The notes under the pieces were generated by a model. It was not told where the DNA came from, made no database searches, and was given only the letters and a program-made list of their open reading frames with translations. A stretch of DNA of 49,247 nucleotides from an uncultured Clostridia bacterium (GTDB lineage: Bacteria; Bacillota; Clostridia; Christensenellales; UBA1242): assembly GCA_944383975.1 (NCBI GenBank), contig CALWRN010000051.1, positions 1 through 49,247 of the forward strand, in the 5' to 3' direction. This document shows positions 18,421-30,500 of the stretch, piece by piece (positions within the stretch are counted from its first letter, which is position 1; the number at the start of each line of letters is the position of its first letter). The position numbers were made by a program, and so were the translations under genes.

Positions 18421-18449
18421 GTTTTATTTTAATTTATTTTAAGATTTTT

Positions 18450-20303
18450 TTATTCTTCAGTTGTAACTTCGTTTATAACACTTGAAGGCTCTTTTTCTAA
18501 ATTTAAAAATTTATTTTGATTTAAAGTATTAAAATTGCAGTTTGTAAAAGTTATATTATTATTTGCAGAATTCATTGTTCCATCTTGCAATATAACAACA
18601 TAATAATTTTCATAATTTTCTAGTTTAAGAATATTTAAGTTTGTATTAAGAATATTTAGATTGATGTTTTGGCAACCAGTTAATGTGAAAATTGAATAGT
18701 TTACTTCTGATTCTATTTCTTCTTGAGAATAGATTGTTAAATTAGAATCTGTTATTGTGAAGTTTAAGTTAGAGCAATTTATCATATTTACTGCAGGGTT
18801 TCCATTAATTATAGATTGATTTGAAATATTAATTTCGCCACCTTCAACATTTGTAAAGTTTAAAGTGCCCATATCAGATTCAATAAAACTGTTTTCTATA
18901 TTTAATTTTATTTCAGAGCTGTTTTCAATATATAAAAGTTGATTTTTTGAAACAAAATTGCTGTCAATTATATCAATTTGACTATTATTAATACCTATAA
19001 ATGATATAACAGGGGAAGAACTTGTTTCAGTGGTTTCGTTATAATATATATTTGTTTCTTTTAAAATAACATTTACATTGTTTAAATAACTTGTTTCAAA
19101 TCCGTCTGTTTTAGCAGAAAGATTTATAGCACTTGCATTTGAAGAAATTTCAAAATTTAGTTTAAACAGAGTTAATTTGAAGTTGTTTAAATTATTGTTT
19201 GATGTTTCATTATCTAATGAAATTATTGAATTTTCTGAGTTACTTGATTTTAAAGTCATGTTGGCTATTGTAGTATTATAAGAAGTTTCATCATTGACAT
19301 CATTTACTAATTTAAAAACTGTGCCAGCAGAAGAACTAATAATAACATCTTGACTTTCACCAAATATTGTTAAATTTTTTGACTTTGGTATAAGTATAGG
19401 GGTTGAAATGTTAAATGTTCCATTAGAAATCATTATACTGTTTCCAACTTCAGCTGAATTTATTGTGCTTTGTAATTTTGAAATATTATTGATAATTGAA
19501 TTTGCTCTTATATTTACAGTAAAATATGTTGAGTATTCTTCATAAGAAATCTTAACATTTTCATTTCCATACATTAAAGGTGATGTATCATAAGTAAAAG
19601 CTTGTATTTCTCTTGTTTTACCACTTGCATATACAAGTGCAACTTTCATTCCTGAAGGATTAAATGTTTCTCCCACATAATATGAAGTTTTTATAGGGTT
19701 GTTAATAACAGCAATGCCGGTTATATAATCTTCTATTACAGTGATATTAATATAAGAAGTTATTTCTCCATATTTAATTACGACTGAAGTATTTTCTGTA
19801 AGAACATCAGGGTAAGACAATGTATATTCACTTTCTAAAAGTTGTCTTTCAACACCACTTTCATAAGTTGCATTTACAATAAGGCCAGTAGGATCAAATG
19901 TTTCTCCTTCAAAATATTGTGTTTTCATTCCTGCGACATTTGGAGAAATCTTATAAACTTTTCCATCGTTAATAATAACATTGCAAGAAGCAGAGACACC
20001 ACTATATTTATCTTTGACTGTTATAGTGACTTCACCATAAGAAGTGTAGGCATAAACTTTTCCTCTACCATTGACAGAGGCTATTTTAGGGTTTGATGAG
20101 GTCCATTCTAGTGCAAAACCTCTTGCGTTTGATGGAAGAATCTCATAATTTAATTGCTTTGATCCTCCAACAAAAACTTCAACAGAAGGCTGTTCAAAAG
20201 TTATGCTTTCTATTGGAATTTGTTCTTGTCCACAAGCAACTAAACCTAATAATGAAAAAGACATCATAAGACATAAAATCAAACTTGTCCAAAGTTTTTT
20301 CAT
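18450..20303 (-). CDS. Surface lipoprotein: Big_2 Ig domain, two Ig-like repeats, C-terminal Asn/Ser-rich probable beta-helix
   Basis: Lipobox LVA-C; WTSSNPKIASVN..G.V (Big_2); KTQYFEGETFDPTGLIV.ATYESG and KTSYYVGETFNPSGMKV.LVYASG repeats; periodic I.I.NS motifs. Confidence 0.8.
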   Translation of the reverse strand: MKKLWTSLILCLMMSFSLLGLVACGQEQIPIESITFEQPSVEVFVGGSKQLNYEILPSNARGFALEWTSSNPKIASVNGRGKVYAYTSYGEVTITVKDKYSGVSASCNVIINDGKVYKISPNVAGMKTQYFEGETFDPTGLIVNATYESGVERQLLESEYTLSYPDVLTENTSVVIKYGEITSYINITVIEDYITGIAVINNPIKTSYYVGETFNPSGMKVALVYASGKTREIQAFTYDTSPLMYGNENVKISYEEYSTYFTVNIRANSIINNISKLQSTINSAEVGNSIMISNGTFNISTPILIPKSKNLTIFGESQDVIISSSAGTVFKLVNDVNDETSYNTTIANMTLKSSNSENSIISLDNETSNNNLNNFKLTLFKLNFEISSNASAINLSAKTDGFETSYLNNVNVILKETNIYYNETTETSSSPVISFIGINNSQIDIIDSNFVSKNQLLYIENSSEIKLNIENSFIESDMGTLNFTNVEGGEINISNQSIINGNPAVNMINCSNLNFTITDSNLTIYSQEEIESEVNYSIFTLTGCQNINLNILNTNLNILKLENYENYYVVILQDGTMNSANNNITFTNCNFNTLNQNKFLNLEKEPSSVINEVTTEE

Positions 20304-20493
20304 AAGTTTCTCCTTTTAAAATTAGCTAAAATTTTATGTAATGTGAAATGTTTATTTATTATATTTAATTTATACCATATTTTACTTTCTTATCAAAGTA
20401 AAAATAAAGTTTTTAATTTTAGTAAAACAAACGAATAAAAATTAAAATTAGTATATATGTTTATTTTAAAAGTTTATGATTATATTTTTATAA

Positions 20494-21120
20494 TTAAATT
20501 ATTTTTAAGATAGCAATAATAATTAAAGTCAGTCCACTTATCCAAGAAAGATTTAAAGAGCATTTTTTAGCAATTTTTTTACCAATATATTCTCCAATGC
20601 ATGAAAAGATTAAACAAGTTAAAAAAGAAAAGGGAATAACAATGTATGGAGAAAGATTGCTTAAACCAATACCAATACCAACGCCAAAACTATCAATAGA
20701 AAGAATAATTCCTATGATTATCGCTTCTTTTATTGATAAAATTTTATCTTTATTTAAATCTGCTTTTGTTGCATCAAAAGCAATATTTAAAAATAATTTA
20801 AAATTAAAAATTTTTATTGTTACAACATCTTTACATATTGCTTTTTTATTAAGCCAAATTTTTATGATTTCACTAAAAAACTTTACTAAACCGACAATCA
20901 TTAATAATGAAAAAGAAAAATATTTAGAAAAATCTTCATTGAGTATATTTGAAAAAAGAAAGCCAATAAGAATTCCACACGCTAAAATAAATGTGTTTAT
21001 GACTATCATTAGCAATATTGTTTTAAAGTGGACTTTTATCTTGGAAGTTCCATAACCAAGAAAGGCAACAAAAGAGTCAAAAGATAAAGCAATTGAAAAA
21101 AATAAGGCTTCTAATATCAT
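20494..21120 (-). CDS. ytaF: YtaF/MntP (DUF204)-family membrane protein, probably sporulation membrane protein YtaF
   Basis: Two LSxDSF/G repeats (ALSFDSFVAFLGYG; LSIDSFGVGIGIG), several TMs, EAI..G..LS.D. Confidence 0.75.
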   Translation of the reverse strand: MILEALFFSIALSFDSFVAFLGYGTSKIKVHFKTILLMIVINTFILACGILIGFLFSNILNEDFSKYFSFSLLMIVGLVKFFSEIIKIWLNKKAICKDVVTIKIFNFKLFLNIAFDATKADLNKDKILSIKEAIIIGIILSIDSFGVGIGIGLSNLSPYIVIPFSFLTCLIFSCIGEYIGKKIAKKCSLNLSWISGLTLIIIAILKII

Positions 21121-21257
21121 GGTTTTTATAAAAATCTTCCATAATCAGTCTATTAAATTAAATAAAACATTGTTATAAATTTTTATAAATTTTTTGAAGT
21201 ATAATTTTTTATTTTTGACTCAAATATGTTATAATGACAAAGTTTTGGAGGTTTTTC

Positions 21258-21986
21258 ATGATTAAAAACAGAATCACTCAACTTATTTATAGGGTTATTT
21301 ACTGCGTGATATTAAGTTTTGGAGTTTTATTTTCTTTAGGAATATTCACAGGAAGCAGTTTTAATACTGACTTTTATGCCTACTATACAAATTTATCAAA
21401 CTATGCTTGTCTTGGAGTAATGATTGCTGTTACTGCAAATACAGTTAAACAAATAAAGAAAAATGAAATATATGGAACGACTCAATATCTTGAAAACACA
21501 AAATTTATGTGCAGTATATTAATTTTAGTAACATTTTTAGTTTATAATATTTTGCTTGCAAAAGATAAATCGGCTGTTGAATATTTTACAAGTTTAAGTA
21601 ATTTGACTTTGCATTTAGTTGGACCTATTTTATTTATTTTGGATCATATTTTGTTTGATTCTAGATGTTCTGTTAAATGGTATATGCCTCTTGTTAGTTT
21701 TGTTCCACCTTTAGGCTATGTTGCTTTTGTATTTATAAGAGCTGCTATTATTGGAAACAATGCTAATATTATGAAATATCCATATTTCTTTTTAAATCCA
21801 GAAAAAGTTGGCATTGGTGGGGTTTTTATGTGGATTTTTATTTTACTTGCAGTTTTTGCAGTTTTAGGTTATGGACTTTGGATTGTAAATCATCTTATAA
21901 AAGAAAATGGAAAACTCAAAATTTATCCTAAAAATGATTATTCTTTAAAAAATAAAACAAATCAAATAGAAATAGACGTAAAATAA
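21258..21986 (+). CDS. Pr6Pr-family (FAR-17a/AIG1-like) integral membrane protein
   Basis: YYTNLSN, VTFLVY..LL, LH...P, LD, YPYFFL motifs. GGAGG RBS supports ATG 21258 over 21234. Confidence 0.75.
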   Translation: MIKNRITQLIYRVIYCVILSFGVLFSLGIFTGSSFNTDFYAYYTNLSNYACLGVMIAVTANTVKQIKKNEIYGTTQYLENTKFMCSILILVTFLVYNILLAKDKSAVEYFTSLSNLTLHLVGPILFILDHILFDSRCSVKWYMPLVSFVPPLGYVAFVFIRAAIIGNNANIMKYPYFFLNPEKVGIGGVFMWIFILLAVFAVLGYGLWIVNHLIKENGKLKIYPKNDYSLKNKTNQIEIDVK

Positions 21987-21990
21987 AAAC

Positions 21991-22028
21991 AAAAAACATG
22001 AAAAATTATTAAAATTTTCATGTTTTTT
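21991..22028. terminator. Bidirectional terminator between the two convergent membrane-protein genes
   Basis: AAAAAACATGAAAA ... TTTTCATGTTTTTT, 14-bp inverted repeat. Confidence 0.8.
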
Positions 22029-22045
22029 TATTAAATATGAATAAA

Positions 22046-22906
22046 TTAATTATTATTTTTTAAATTTTCGTTTAATTTTTGAATTTTTTTAAGTTTAATT
22101 TTTAAATTAATTTTATTTATAAGAATTGGAATTAATGTAAATATATATCCAGCGAGAAGAAATCCTAATATATAGCAAAGTAAAAATACAATATAGTGTG
22201 CTTTGTCATAAATAATGCTTAATATTGGCAATGTGCAAGGGTAAAAAGGACTTATATAAAACATATTGAAAGTTTCTCCTGTTTCTAAACCACCAGCCCA
22301 TTTCCATATTAAATTCATAAGCATTGCTAGAAGTAAAACAACTAAAAATACACCACATGCTTTTAAAAATGTCTTTTGTTTGAACTCTATTGAATGTGTT
22401 GCCCATAACAACACTCCAATTACTACCATTGAACCATGCCAAAGCATTGTATGAATGTTTATAAAAATAGTTGAAGTGAAAACATCTCCTGGGTATAACA
22501 TGACAACTAAACCAGCAAATAGGGCAAATGTGCCTAAATATGAGTATAGGCAGTCTCTAAACAAATTCTTTTTACATAATCCTGCAATAAGCATTATATA
22601 CATAGGAGTTGAACAGAATTGAAAAGGAAAAGCATACCATTGATAGTCCCATGTTACTGTTTGAGTTATTTCGTCATAATTGAAACTATAGATTAGTTGT
22701 TTGATTATCTCAAATACAATAAGAATTATACTCATTGTAAGTATTGTATATTTAACACCTTTTTCACTTATCTTTTTTCTAAAGACTACAACCAAAACAC
22801 TTGCAGTAATCATTAATAGAAAACATAGAATATGATACCAGCCTAAAATAGAAGGTTTTGTCATAGTTGATTGAAAAGCATATAAAAATTTTTCAAAAGC
22901 ATTCAT
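22046..22906 (-). CDS. YwaF/TMEM164-like integral membrane protein
   Basis: W.H, FPFQFCS, LYPGD, H...HG, NMFYI motifs; 6-7 TMs. Confidence 0.7.
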   Translation of the reverse strand: MNAFEKFLYAFQSTMTKPSILGWYHILCFLLMITASVLVVVFRKKISEKGVKYTILTMSIILIVFEIIKQLIYSFNYDEITQTVTWDYQWYAFPFQFCSTPMYIMLIAGLCKKNLFRDCLYSYLGTFALFAGLVVMLYPGDVFTSTIFINIHTMLWHGSMVVIGVLLWATHSIEFKQKTFLKACGVFLVVLLLAMLMNLIWKWAGGLETGETFNMFYISPFYPCTLPILSIIYDKAHYIVFLLCYILGFLLAGYIFTLIPILINKINLKIKLKKIQKLNENLKNNN

Positions 22907-23068
22907 AAAATTCCTCTGAAAATATATTTTACTTTAACACAAAATTTATGTCAATAATAATAAAAATAAAAAAATAATTTTAAGTTAATAAAATAAATAA
23001 TTAAATAAAAAAGACCAAAAAAATGGTCATTTTTTGATTTTAATTTAATTTTTTGTATTATTTTTATA

Positions 23069-24130
23069 TTATTTTAATAATTTTTTATAATTTATTCCCA
23101 TAGCATTTTTCATTTTATCAAGAGTTTTTCTTGCTTCGTTTGATGCTTTTTCACTATTATCAAATAACATCTGATAAATATCGTTTATATGATTTAAACA
23201 ATATTGTCTTTTTTCACGAATTGGGACAAGAATTTCTTCAATAATGTTAAATAAAAAGTTTTTAACCTTAACATCACCAAGACCACCTTTTTTATAGTGT
23301 GCCTTAAGTTCGTCTAAATTGTTATATTCTGGCAAATATTTCTTAAAATGATTATCCTCACAAAAGGCATCTAAATAAGCAAAAACTATATTACCTTCAA
23401 TTTGTCCTGGATCTTCAACTCTAATATGGTTAGGGTCAGTATATGCAGACATGATTTTTTGTTTTACAGTTTTACTGTCATCACACAGGTAAATTGCATT
23501 TCCAGCTGATTTTGACATTTTAAGTTTTCCGTCAAGACCAGGAAGTCTTCTACAAATTTTTGATTCAGGTATAACTGCTTTTGGAAGGGTAAAAACAGGG
23601 GTTTCTGGTTTATAGGTATTGTTAAAAGAATTTACAATTTCTCGCGTTTGTTCTATCATAGGCAATTGATCATCTCCAACAGGAACTAAAGATGTTTGAA
23701 AAGCAAGAATATCAGCAGCTTGTGAAACAGGATAATTTAAAAATCCTATAGGAATTGTTTTTTCAAACCCTCTTTGTTTTATTTCTTCTTTGATTGTTGG
23801 GTTTCTTTGAAGTCTTGAAACAGTTACCAAATTCATGAAATACGATGTTATTTCTGTCAGCTCAGGAACCATTGATTGTATAAAAATATTGACTTTTTTA
23901 GGGTCTATGCCCGCAGATATATAATCTATCGCCACCTGAATTATGTTGTTTTTCACTTTATCAACATTGTCGTGATTATCAGTGAGTGCTTGTGTATCAG
24001 CAATCATTATATAAAACTTTTCATAATCGTATTCATTTTGAAATTTTAATCTATTTTTAATTGAACCTACATAATGTCCAAGATGTAAATTGCCTGTTGG
24101 TCTATCACCTGTTAAAATAATATCTTTCAT
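23069..24130 (-). CDS. trpS: Tryptophan--tRNA ligase
   Basis: TGDRPTG.LHLGHY.G (HIGH), YPVSQAADI, VPVGDDQ, KMSKS. Confidence 0.98.
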   Translation of the reverse strand: MKDIILTGDRPTGNLHLGHYVGSIKNRLKFQNEYDYEKFYIMIADTQALTDNHDNVDKVKNNIIQVAIDYISAGIDPKKVNIFIQSMVPELTEITSYFMNLVTVSRLQRNPTIKEEIKQRGFEKTIPIGFLNYPVSQAADILAFQTSLVPVGDDQLPMIEQTREIVNSFNNTYKPETPVFTLPKAVIPESKICRRLPGLDGKLKMSKSAGNAIYLCDDSKTVKQKIMSAYTDPNHIRVEDPGQIEGNIVFAYLDAFCEDNHFKKYLPEYNNLDELKAHYKKGGLGDVKVKNFLFNIIEEILVPIREKRQYCLNHINDIYQMLFDNSEKASNEARKTLDKMKNAMGINYKKLLK

Positions 24131-24154
24131 TATAATTTCCCTTTTATAGTGATT

Positions 24155-24184
24155 ATTATATCATTGAAAATAAAATAAAGTCAA
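24155..24184 (-). promoter_or_regulatory. Putative trpS promoter (TTGACT-18-TATAAT, TG extension)
   Basis: -10 at 24155-24160, about 25 nt from the start codon. Confidence 0.65.
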
Positions 24185-24487
24185 GAATTAAATCAATTAA
24201 TTAATATTTTTTATAACTCATATAACTCTTTAATTTAGGAATATTGATTATTATTTAATAATTTTTTTAAATTTTATAAAAATATATTTTAATTTAATTA
24301 TTTAATATTTTTTAATTTTGGTTTTATTATTAAATTGTTTATCATCTTTATAAAAAAAGGAAATTAGAATTTTTAAAACAATGTTTAATCATTTAAAAAC
24401 ACTAATCAAAGAACTTTTCCACTAAAAATTTTATAATTAAAGAATGTTTTTTATTATTTATTTTATACTAAATTTGTATCATTTTGT

Positions 24488-24516
24488 TTGATTTTATCGC
24501 TTTTATATTATATAAT
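24488..24516 (+). promoter_or_regulatory. Putative promoter of the giant surface-protein gene (TTGATT-17-TATAAT)
   Basis: Hexamers at 24488-24493 and 24511-24516; AAGGAG RBS before ATG 24580. Confidence 0.7.
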
Positions 24517-24579
24517 ATTTTAGAATAAATATAACTTGGTCTAATTCCAATGTACTAGTCAATAAAAAGGAGAAACAAT

Positions 24580-27500
24580 ATGTTTAAAAAAGCCTTTAAA
24601 AGTTTATATGTTTTTGCTTTAATGATTTTTGCTTTAGGAGCAATTTTTTTGATACCTTCATTAAGCAATAAAAAGTCGGCAAAAGCAGATGGTTCAAACT
24701 TATCTGTTAGTGAATTGAGTGAGGTTGATAATAGTCAAGAACTTTTGGCTGATTCAGACTCTAATTTATGGAGTGATGCTTTAGTCAATGTTTCAAGCAT
24801 GAAGTTGAGTTCTGATACTACTATAAAAATAGATAGCAACTCTACAAAAACATTGTCTGCTTATAAAATTGGCAGTGCAACAGATTTGGCATATTTTGCT
24901 TATGCTGTAAACAATAATATAGGAAATTATAGAACTGCTACTTATGTATTAACTGCTGACATTAATCTAGAAGGTGCTATTTGGACACCTATTGGGACAA
25001 CAAATAATTCTTTTGATGGAATTTTTATTGGACAAGGTTTTTGTATTTCAAATATCAACACAGCTGATATCGCAATAGATACAGCATCAGACAGTGTTGG
25101 GCTTTTTGGAACTATTTCTGGTAGTGGTTCTGTTTCAGATTTAAGAATTGGTGGAACTTTCTTTGCTAATACTACTAAAGCTAATGTAGGTGCTTTGGTT
25201 GGAAACAATGCAGGAGAAATTATTAATTGTTTTGATGAGACCACAAGTAAACAAAAATATAATAACGGTTACACCAATGTAAATGCAATTGGAAGTAATA
25301 GTGGAAAAGTTTATACAGGATTAGCATATTTTGATACAAATGGTGGAGAACATTCTTCAAACAAAGGTATCTCAAGCGGTTCTGGCAATGTGGTTGGATA
25401 TTATGTAATTACAGACAGTGGTACTTTTAGAATAGCTAATGAAAATTGGTATGAACTTAAACGCGTTAGAGTTTGTATATCTAATAACAGTGTTGTAACC
25501 ACAACTAATATGATTTATTCAAATAGTGCTGTTGTTTTAAGAGAGAATGCTAATTCAGGAGATGTTTATCCTTTAAGAACGGGTTACAAATATACAATTC
25601 CAAATCCTAAACAAGGTAGAATTGAGTTGGTTGCTGGAAACCCATTTAATACAAATGTAACATTTAATTATCAATATGGTTCTCCAACAAACAGAAGCCA
25701 TACTGTCAGTGTCCCTTACGATTCTACATTTCAAGCAATATTGGCAAGTTATAGTTTTTTAAATCAAAGAAGTGGATTTAATTTTAATGGAATTTATAGT
25801 GACGCAAATTATAACGAAGGGAATAAATTGACTGAAACTGGCAGTGCTGATTACAAAAAATGTTATGTTAACAGCAATCAAACTGTTTATCCTAAATTTA
25901 CTGCAAAGGGAAATTTAAGATATGAAGTAATATTTGCTATAGCTGCTGGAGATAAATCTAATCAACAATCAGCATACGATCAGGTAACAAGTGCTATTGC
26001 AAGTGTAACTTCTTTAACTTCACAAGGAGATGATGTTAGGAATAAATATTGGGCAACGGCTGGGGATGTAAACAACACTAATCAATCTACATTCACTGTT
26101 ACTTTAAAACAGGGATATAGACTTGCAACTGTTGTTGGTTCAGGCGGAACTATAACCGATAATGTTGCTAACGTTGCTAGTGGTGTTTATGTAAACTTTA
26201 ATGTAACAACAGGAACTGGAAATTCTTATACAGTAAATAATACAAATAACGATGCTTATTTACCTGTAAGCGCTTCAGTTTCTGGAGACGGAACATATAC
26301 TATCACTGTTACAAATATTGCAGGTGCAAATGGTCAAATTTATCTTGTTGTTGAAAGAAAAACTTATAGTTTAACTTTTGTTCCTGAATATGTTGATGGA
26401 TTAAGCGAAGGCTCTTCAGTTACATTATCTGGTCAAGGATATAACATAAGTGGTTTAACATTAAATTACAAGATTAACGAAAGATATAATTTAACTTTAA
26501 AAGTTGGTGGTGACTTTGTAATTCTAAATTCTATTAAAGCGACAAATCCTAATCTTGCCGAAAACTTTATTACCGCAACTGCTACGGGCACATCATATGG
26601 TGGAACAATAAAATATTATCAATCTTACATATACAATATCTATATAGAAGGGGAAGCTAACGCTGTAAATAGAGAGGTTGTAGTTAAGATTGGATATATT
26701 CAAAGCAGAATTAATGTTGTTTTGAAAGATGAAAACGGAAGTGCTATTGATTTAAACACATTAGGAAAAGGGCTTGGTATTATTGTTAACGCAGACATGA
26801 ACGATAAAGTTAACTGGGTTTCAGGTGGGCAACAAACAGTTCTCTTCCACACTAATAGCGATATTACTGATGTTATAACTTCAAAAAATAATGGTCATTA
26901 TTTTGCTTCTAGTGTAAAAATAGATGGAGTTTCAATTGGATTAGGATTTACTAATGTTGATAATCAAAAATATTATAGTACTTTATCTCAAAATAATTTA
27001 ATAACAAAAATTTATAATAACGATAACCCATCTGAAACTATAATACAAATTGAAGTATTCTATAGGAAACAAACTTATGGATTAAATGTTAAATTTAAGG
27101 TTAAAAAGACTGAAGACAATTATGGTTCTAAACCAGAAGACAATATTTTCAATGGAAATACTGATTTATATAATGTTACAATCAATGGACAACCAACATT
27201 AAACACAAGTAATATTACCGGCGGAACTAAATTTACTGTTAGGGTAGAATTAACTACTAGAGGTAAGGCTATTCTTTATGGTAATGGAAACCTTGATTGT
27301 GTCGCTAATATACAAGGAACAACTACAGGAACTACTGAAGATGTAAATAATGGATTTATTGGAAGTAGCGTAAGTGCAAACAGTTCTTCTACTTCATCTG
27401 GAAATGGTATTTGGGTGTTTGATGTAACTGTCGGAACATATGACACTGATGTTGTTTTACATTTCAATTATAAAAAGTTGACTATGCAAGTTAATCAAAT

Positions 27501-30500
27501 GTATGTTGATAACTCTGAAAATAGCTTAACTGGACAATTATTGAATTTAAACACTGCGACAAGCAGTACATTTAATTTCCAATATTCAGACGGAAACATT
27601 TCTTTAGCAGGAACTTTCGGTTCAATAGAAATCCACTCTCAATATTATTTATTAGATTGGTATCTTAAAAATGGAGAATTTGTAAATATTGGCAGAGTAA
27701 ATGCAGGAAACTACGCAGATATTACAACAAACGAAAATATATTAACAGATATTATTGGGGTAAGTGCTAAATCTGTTAACACACCTTCTGTTACATATTC
27801 AAATGTTGCTGCCTATGTTGTAAAAAGAACAATTCAAGTTACTCTTACTTCTGGCAACCCTGGTTTTGGTCAAATTTATTACAATGGAGCTTTCCAAAGT
27901 GATGTACAAAGCTATGTTGCTTCAAGTGGATTAACTTATGGAACAGAACTTTCTCTTAATTCAAACATTTTTAAAAACTTAGGTTATACTTTTGCTAGTT
28001 GGAACGTTTCATGGGCAGACGGAAGTCAAACACAAATAACAAACGGAAAGTTATTAATTACAGATAAGTGGTATGCATTCTTTGGTGGAAGTCAATATAC
28101 TAATTGGAGTGTTCTTTGCATAGGAACAACTGAAAAGCAATATCAAAAAACTTCTAGTATTTCTTTAAGTGCAAATTGGACAAATATAACATACCATATT
28201 TCTTTTGATGGTGTGTCAACTTCACAAATTCAACTCGGACAAGAATTAACAATGGTTGTTCGTGAGAATGCTAAAGATGGTGTTGCTGACTATAAAATCA
28301 ATGGACAAGTATCCACTGGTTCAGGACGAAATGGTTATATTGCAGTGTCTGCAACTATATCTGCTATTGGTGGAAGTGGTGTTAAAGATATAACTGAAAC
28401 AAATGGCTTTACTTTCGTCCCTGCTAATACTGGTTTAGATGATGCTATTAAAAAAATATTGACTGAAGCATATTATTTCAGTGCAAACAGCCAAGACAAA
28501 CCTATTATGGTTACAACTAACAGAGAAGCTGCTAACTATAGAATTTATATTGATGGCTCTTCAGCAGGTTATTATTCTGTTGCTTGGAACGGAAATGAAA
28601 GCGCACTTGGTGGAGTTGATAACGGAAATGTATATATCAATGTTACATTTGATACAAAACCTGACAATATCAAGAAAGCTTTGGACGCAAAAAATCTTGT
28701 TATAACAAGAACAGGTTATGGAATTGTTCAAAACAGTTGGAAGAGAACAACTGGTTCAATGATTGACACAAACAATATCTTCAACATTACAACTGATATT
28801 CATGTTGTTCCTGTTTGGACAAAGACAAGCAATACAACAGGTTCTCGTCAAAATTGGGCAAGTGATGTTGGATCAATAAATAAATTCTATCTATATAATG
28901 AACATGATGTTTTAAACGGATTTATTACTGGTTCTAATATCGGAAGCAAAACACAACCTGAAATTAACTATACTTTAACAAATGGTGAAAAGATTACAGA
29001 TTTTGGTTATGAAATCACATTTACACCTAAAGGTGGCGGAACAGCTTCAAATTCTGTGATTTCAGGATTAAACCTTAATATTTCTAATTTCCTTAAAGCA
29101 GGAACATATCAAGTTATTTTCTATGTTAACGTTTCTGATACTTTAAGTGATGGTATCTCTTATACTTCAAGAAGTGGTGTTTCTACTTTCACTATGGAAC
29201 AAAATGAAATTGTTTTCTATGGAAATGATATTCATTCTTATTATACAGGAACAAATGAATTTGTTAATGTTAATGAGGGCGATGGTGGAGTTAACACCGA
29301 ATTTGGTTCTTTCTTATATAAATATGATTGGAACGGAAATGATTTAAGTATTGTTGCTGGTAAAACAGAAATTGGCGAAGTTGAAGATTACTTCAATAAT
29401 ATGTCAATCTTTGAGGCCGATGGAAATTATAATGTTGGCGGAAATAAATCTTTAAAACTTTATTTAAACATTGGCGCTCTTGGAAATAAATACGGCGAAA
29501 TTTATAGCGATTTATTTAGCAATGTTACTAAAGATGGAAATAACTACTATACTTATTTAAATACAGATACTGATAGTTTTGTTACTATTGAAAAAGCTAA
29601 GTTTACAATCACATTTACTTCTGGATCTGCATATTACTTTGATGGTGTAACTACTATTGTTTGGACAAATACAAGCAAACATCAATTCACAAGTGGACTT
29701 TCAACATTCACTTATGGTTATGACAATATAACACTTCACGAAGGTGCTCAACCTGGAACATATCAAGGTTCAGAAAACCATGATACTGATATAACAAAGT
29801 TCATTATAAATGGTCTATATATTGAAGGTCATGAAAGTGATTTAGATAGCAATTTTGAATGGAATATAAGCAAAAACTCAAGTTTTGAATTATTAGATTC
29901 AAAGAATGCAATTCAATATAATTATAGTCCTAAATATTTAGTTGCAAGCGGTGGAATTTTGGCAGAAGGACTTGCAAACAACTATTTACAAAAAGATGAA
30001 ACATTATCTATTGTAAATGTTATGATTGATGGTTCTGCTGTTTCAATTCCAAATGATGCTCAATTTAGTAAAAATGTTGATAATAAAGTATTATTCAGTT
30101 TTGTAAACAACAATACAAACAGCTTAAGAATCTATATTAATAATGATTTACTTTCTTCTGGAGTTAGATTATCTTTTGGAGTTCAAGTAAATCTTTCAAC
30201 AGAAAGAAGCAAAACTCTATCTATTATCTCTTGGGGAAATAGTTTAGATTCTGCAAGTTATGAAGCATTATTTAATTCTGCATTTACTGCAACAAATCCT
30301 TATACTGTTACTGTTGCTGCAAATTCAGAAAATAAAACAACATATGCTGTTATGACAGATGTTGTAAAACTAAATCTTGATTATAATGGTGGAAAGAAAG
30401 ATGGAAAGACTTCTGAAACTATTTATCTTTCTGCTATGAATGGCAATCTTGATGTAACAAATCCAACACATGATTATGCAGGATTATCATTCAATAATTA

